Of a stretch of DNA of 64,000 bases, positions 62,148 to 64,000 are shown in pieces. The stretch comes from Alphaproteobacteria bacterium (GTDB taxonomy: Bacteria > Pseudomonadota > Alphaproteobacteria > CALKHQ01), in NCBI GenBank assembly GCA_965227515.1, contig CBDDFZ010000001.1:2912001-2976000 (forward strand). Direction: 5' to 3'. Below the pieces are notes generated by a model. It searched no databases. It was not told the origin of the DNA and saw only the letters and a list, made by a program, of their open reading frames with translations. The position numbers and the translations under genes are program-made. Position 1 is the first letter of the stretch. Each line of letters begins with the position of its first letter.

Positions 62148-63089
62148 TCAGTACGTCACCTGGGCGATCTTGGAGATCAGCTCCTCACGCTCGTCGCCAG
62201 CCGGCATCGCGTCCGCGGCCCGCTCCCACTGCATGCGTGCGTCCTCGACTCGCCCGGCCGCCATATAGGCATCGCCAAGCCGCTCGATGACGGTCCAATC
62301 GCCGTCGTACATATTGATCGAGCGCTCAAGCTGGGTGATCGCCTGGTCGTACTCGCCGCGCTGGTAGTAGACCCAGCCGAGCGTGTCGATGTGCGAGGGG
62401 TTGGGGTGCAGTGCCACAGCCTGCTCCGCCAGCTCCAGCGCCTCGTCGAGCCGCTCGCCATTGGTAGCCAGCATCCAGGCCAGGTTGTTCATGGCACCCG
62501 GATAGCCCTGCATGATGGCCTCGCGGTACCACGCCTCGGCCGTCTCCAGGTCCTGGGTCACGCCAAGCCCGTTCTCATAGAGGTAGCCAAGGTTGCGCTG
62601 CGCGTAGATGTCGTTCTGGGCCGCGGCGGCGCGGTACAGCCGCTCGGCCTCGGTGAAGTCCTGGGCCACGCCGGCGCCGCGCTGGAACAGCACGCCCAGC
62701 TTCACCTGCGCATAGGCGACTCCAGCCTCGGCAGCCTCGGCGAACCAATGCGCCGCCGTCTCCATGTCGCGATCCACGACCTGGCCCTGCTCGTAATACA
62801 TGCCCAGGTTGATCTGCGCCCGGGATTCGCCGTTTTCCGCCGCCATGGTGAACCATTCGACGGCCTGTGCGGGGTCGCGGTCGACGCCGCGACCGCTGTG
62901 GTACATCTGACCGATGTAGTATTGCGCGCTGGCATTGCCTTCCTCGGCCAGGGGCAGCAGCTCGGAGAACGCGGTCTCGAAGTCTCCGACATTGTATGCG
63001 TGCACGCCCGAGAGATAGCCGGCGTCTGCGCTGAGGGGCAGAGCGGCCGATATGCACAAGGCAGCAAGGGTGCGGCGAATGCCTTTCAT
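62148..63089 (-). CDS. secreted Sel1-repeat plus TPR protein
   Basis: AQYYIGQMY..GRGV, AQINLG, AQRNLGYLYENGLGV; NNLAW, DTLGWVYY. Confidence 0.9.
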   Translation of the reverse strand: MKGIRRTLAALCISAALPLSADAGYLSGVHAYNVGDFETAFSELLPLAEEGNASAQYYIGQMYHSGRGVDRDPAQAVEWFTMAAENGESRAQINLGMYYEQGQVVDRDMETAAHWFAEAAEAGVAYAQVKLGVLFQRGAGVAQDFTEAERLYRAAAAQNDIYAQRNLGYLYENGLGVTQDLETAEAWYREAIMQGYPGAMNNLAWMLATNGERLDEALELAEQAVALHPNPSHIDTLGWVYYQRGEYDQAITQLERSINMYDGDWTVIERLGDAYMAAGRVEDARMQWERAADAMPAGDEREELISKIAQVTY

Positions 63090-63258
63090 GGCGTGGATCC
63101 TATATCGCTGATGACACGTTTCGCTGATGACGCGGGGTCGCGGACGACCGAAGCGGGCAAGGTTGTCGCCGATCAATGTGGCGCCCATATGTTCCGGCCT
63201 GGGCCGGTCGTGGGCAATTAGCATAAGTGGTTATTTTTCAATATGTTGATGTCATATA

Positions 63259-63274
63259 GTTAACGTAGAGTTAA
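63259..63274 (-). promoter_or_regulatory. CtrA-type binding site
   Basis: Minus strand TTAA-CTCTACG-TTAAC in an AT-rich divergent intergenic region. Confidence 0.6.
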
Positions 63275-63490
63275 TGGCGCTGTGCACGTCCGCATTGTTT
63301 CCGCGCCGCAGCCGCCAAGTGGTCACGCCGCGGTCGCAAATCCGTCCGAATTCGAGATCACAACACAGTCCACGGCCGGTTGCCCCGCCGTTGCTCGTCG
63401 AGCGAGGCGGTCGGCATGCCCATGAGGTTCGACGGTGAGCCGTCGGGGCAGGCCAATCGGATGGGCCAATTGGATGGGATGGAGAATTAA

Positions 63491-64000
63491 ATGACGCGCT
63501 TGATTGCCCTGAGTACCGTGGCGTTGTCGGCACTGGCTTCGGTCATCGCCATGTCGCCGGTCAGCGCCGGCGAGATCGGCGAGCCCGAGTTTGGCGCCGA
63601 TCCGGCCATGGGCTGCGAGACCATGGAATTGGAGGTCGTGTCGGACAAGTGCATACACCCGATCGACCTGAGCAATGGCGCGGACGCGGCGACGCTGGCT
63701 GCGATGTCGGAGCGAGTGATCCTGGCCGCGCAGATGGCCGATTTCGCCGCGACATACGATTCGGCCCTGGTGATGACCGCCGCGGCAGCGATGCTGAGCG
63801 ACGTGTCGCTGGCCGAGATCGAGGAGGCTTCCCGCCACCGGGTGGATAATGTGGAAGGCCTGTCCGCCGACACCATGCTGGACCGGGCGCGGGCGCTGGC
63901 CGGCGACGATCAGATCGTGCTTGGCCTGATCGACGACCTGGCGCTGACGAGCGATCGCGGCAGCGACTTCGATATCGCCGGCTACGACGGCTTCGGCGGC
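63491..64000 (+). CDS. secreted hypothetical protein (runs off window)
   Basis: RBS GGAGA; MTRLIALSTVALSALASVIAMSPVSA signal peptide; open to the end of the window. Confidence 0.7.
   Translation, partial: MTRLIALSTVALSALASVIAMSPVSAGEIGEPEFGADPAMGCETMELEVVSDKCIHPIDLSNGADAATLAAMSERVILAAQMADFAATYDSALVMTAAAAMLSDVSLAEIEEASRHRVDNVEGLSADTMLDRARALAGDDQIVLGLIDDLALTSDRGSDFDIAGYDGFGG

Overview
GC-rich alphaproteobacterial DNA, probably Rhodospirillales-like (inferred from gene content and regulatory motifs). Left to right: the ccoNOQP (cbb3 oxidase) operon with a divergent DUF2189 gene; two paralogous secreted helical-repeat proteins; a 1864-aa hyper-acidic repeat protein followed by a two-ABC/HlyD type I secretion system and a REC-HATPase plus hybrid-kinase pair; SDR, CmcJ-like and GST genes; a MORN gene flanked by a duplicated cfa 3' end; the RpoE-ChrR photo-oxidative stress locus (amine-oxidase-like gene, DUF1365, cfa) with two back-to-back ECF11 promoters; and a LacI-controlled sugar ABC operon. 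Next comes a ~15 kb podovirus-type (T7/HTVC010P-like) virion and lysis gene cluster (39.7-54.4 kb). In this window it has no integrase, replication, terminase, portal or large ejection genes. It is punctuated by LexA-type GAAC-N7-GAAC boxes and carries an AT-rich tandem lipoprotein/effector-like cassette between the head and tail genes. The window ends with tRNA-Pro, IS481, an MCP, sigK/rskA-like genes, ppk2, ferritin-like and Sel1 genes. The best candidate for an undescribed system is the SOS-boxed, apparently domesticated podophage cluster with its polymorphic cassette. All family calls come from motif recognition by eye; no database searches were run.
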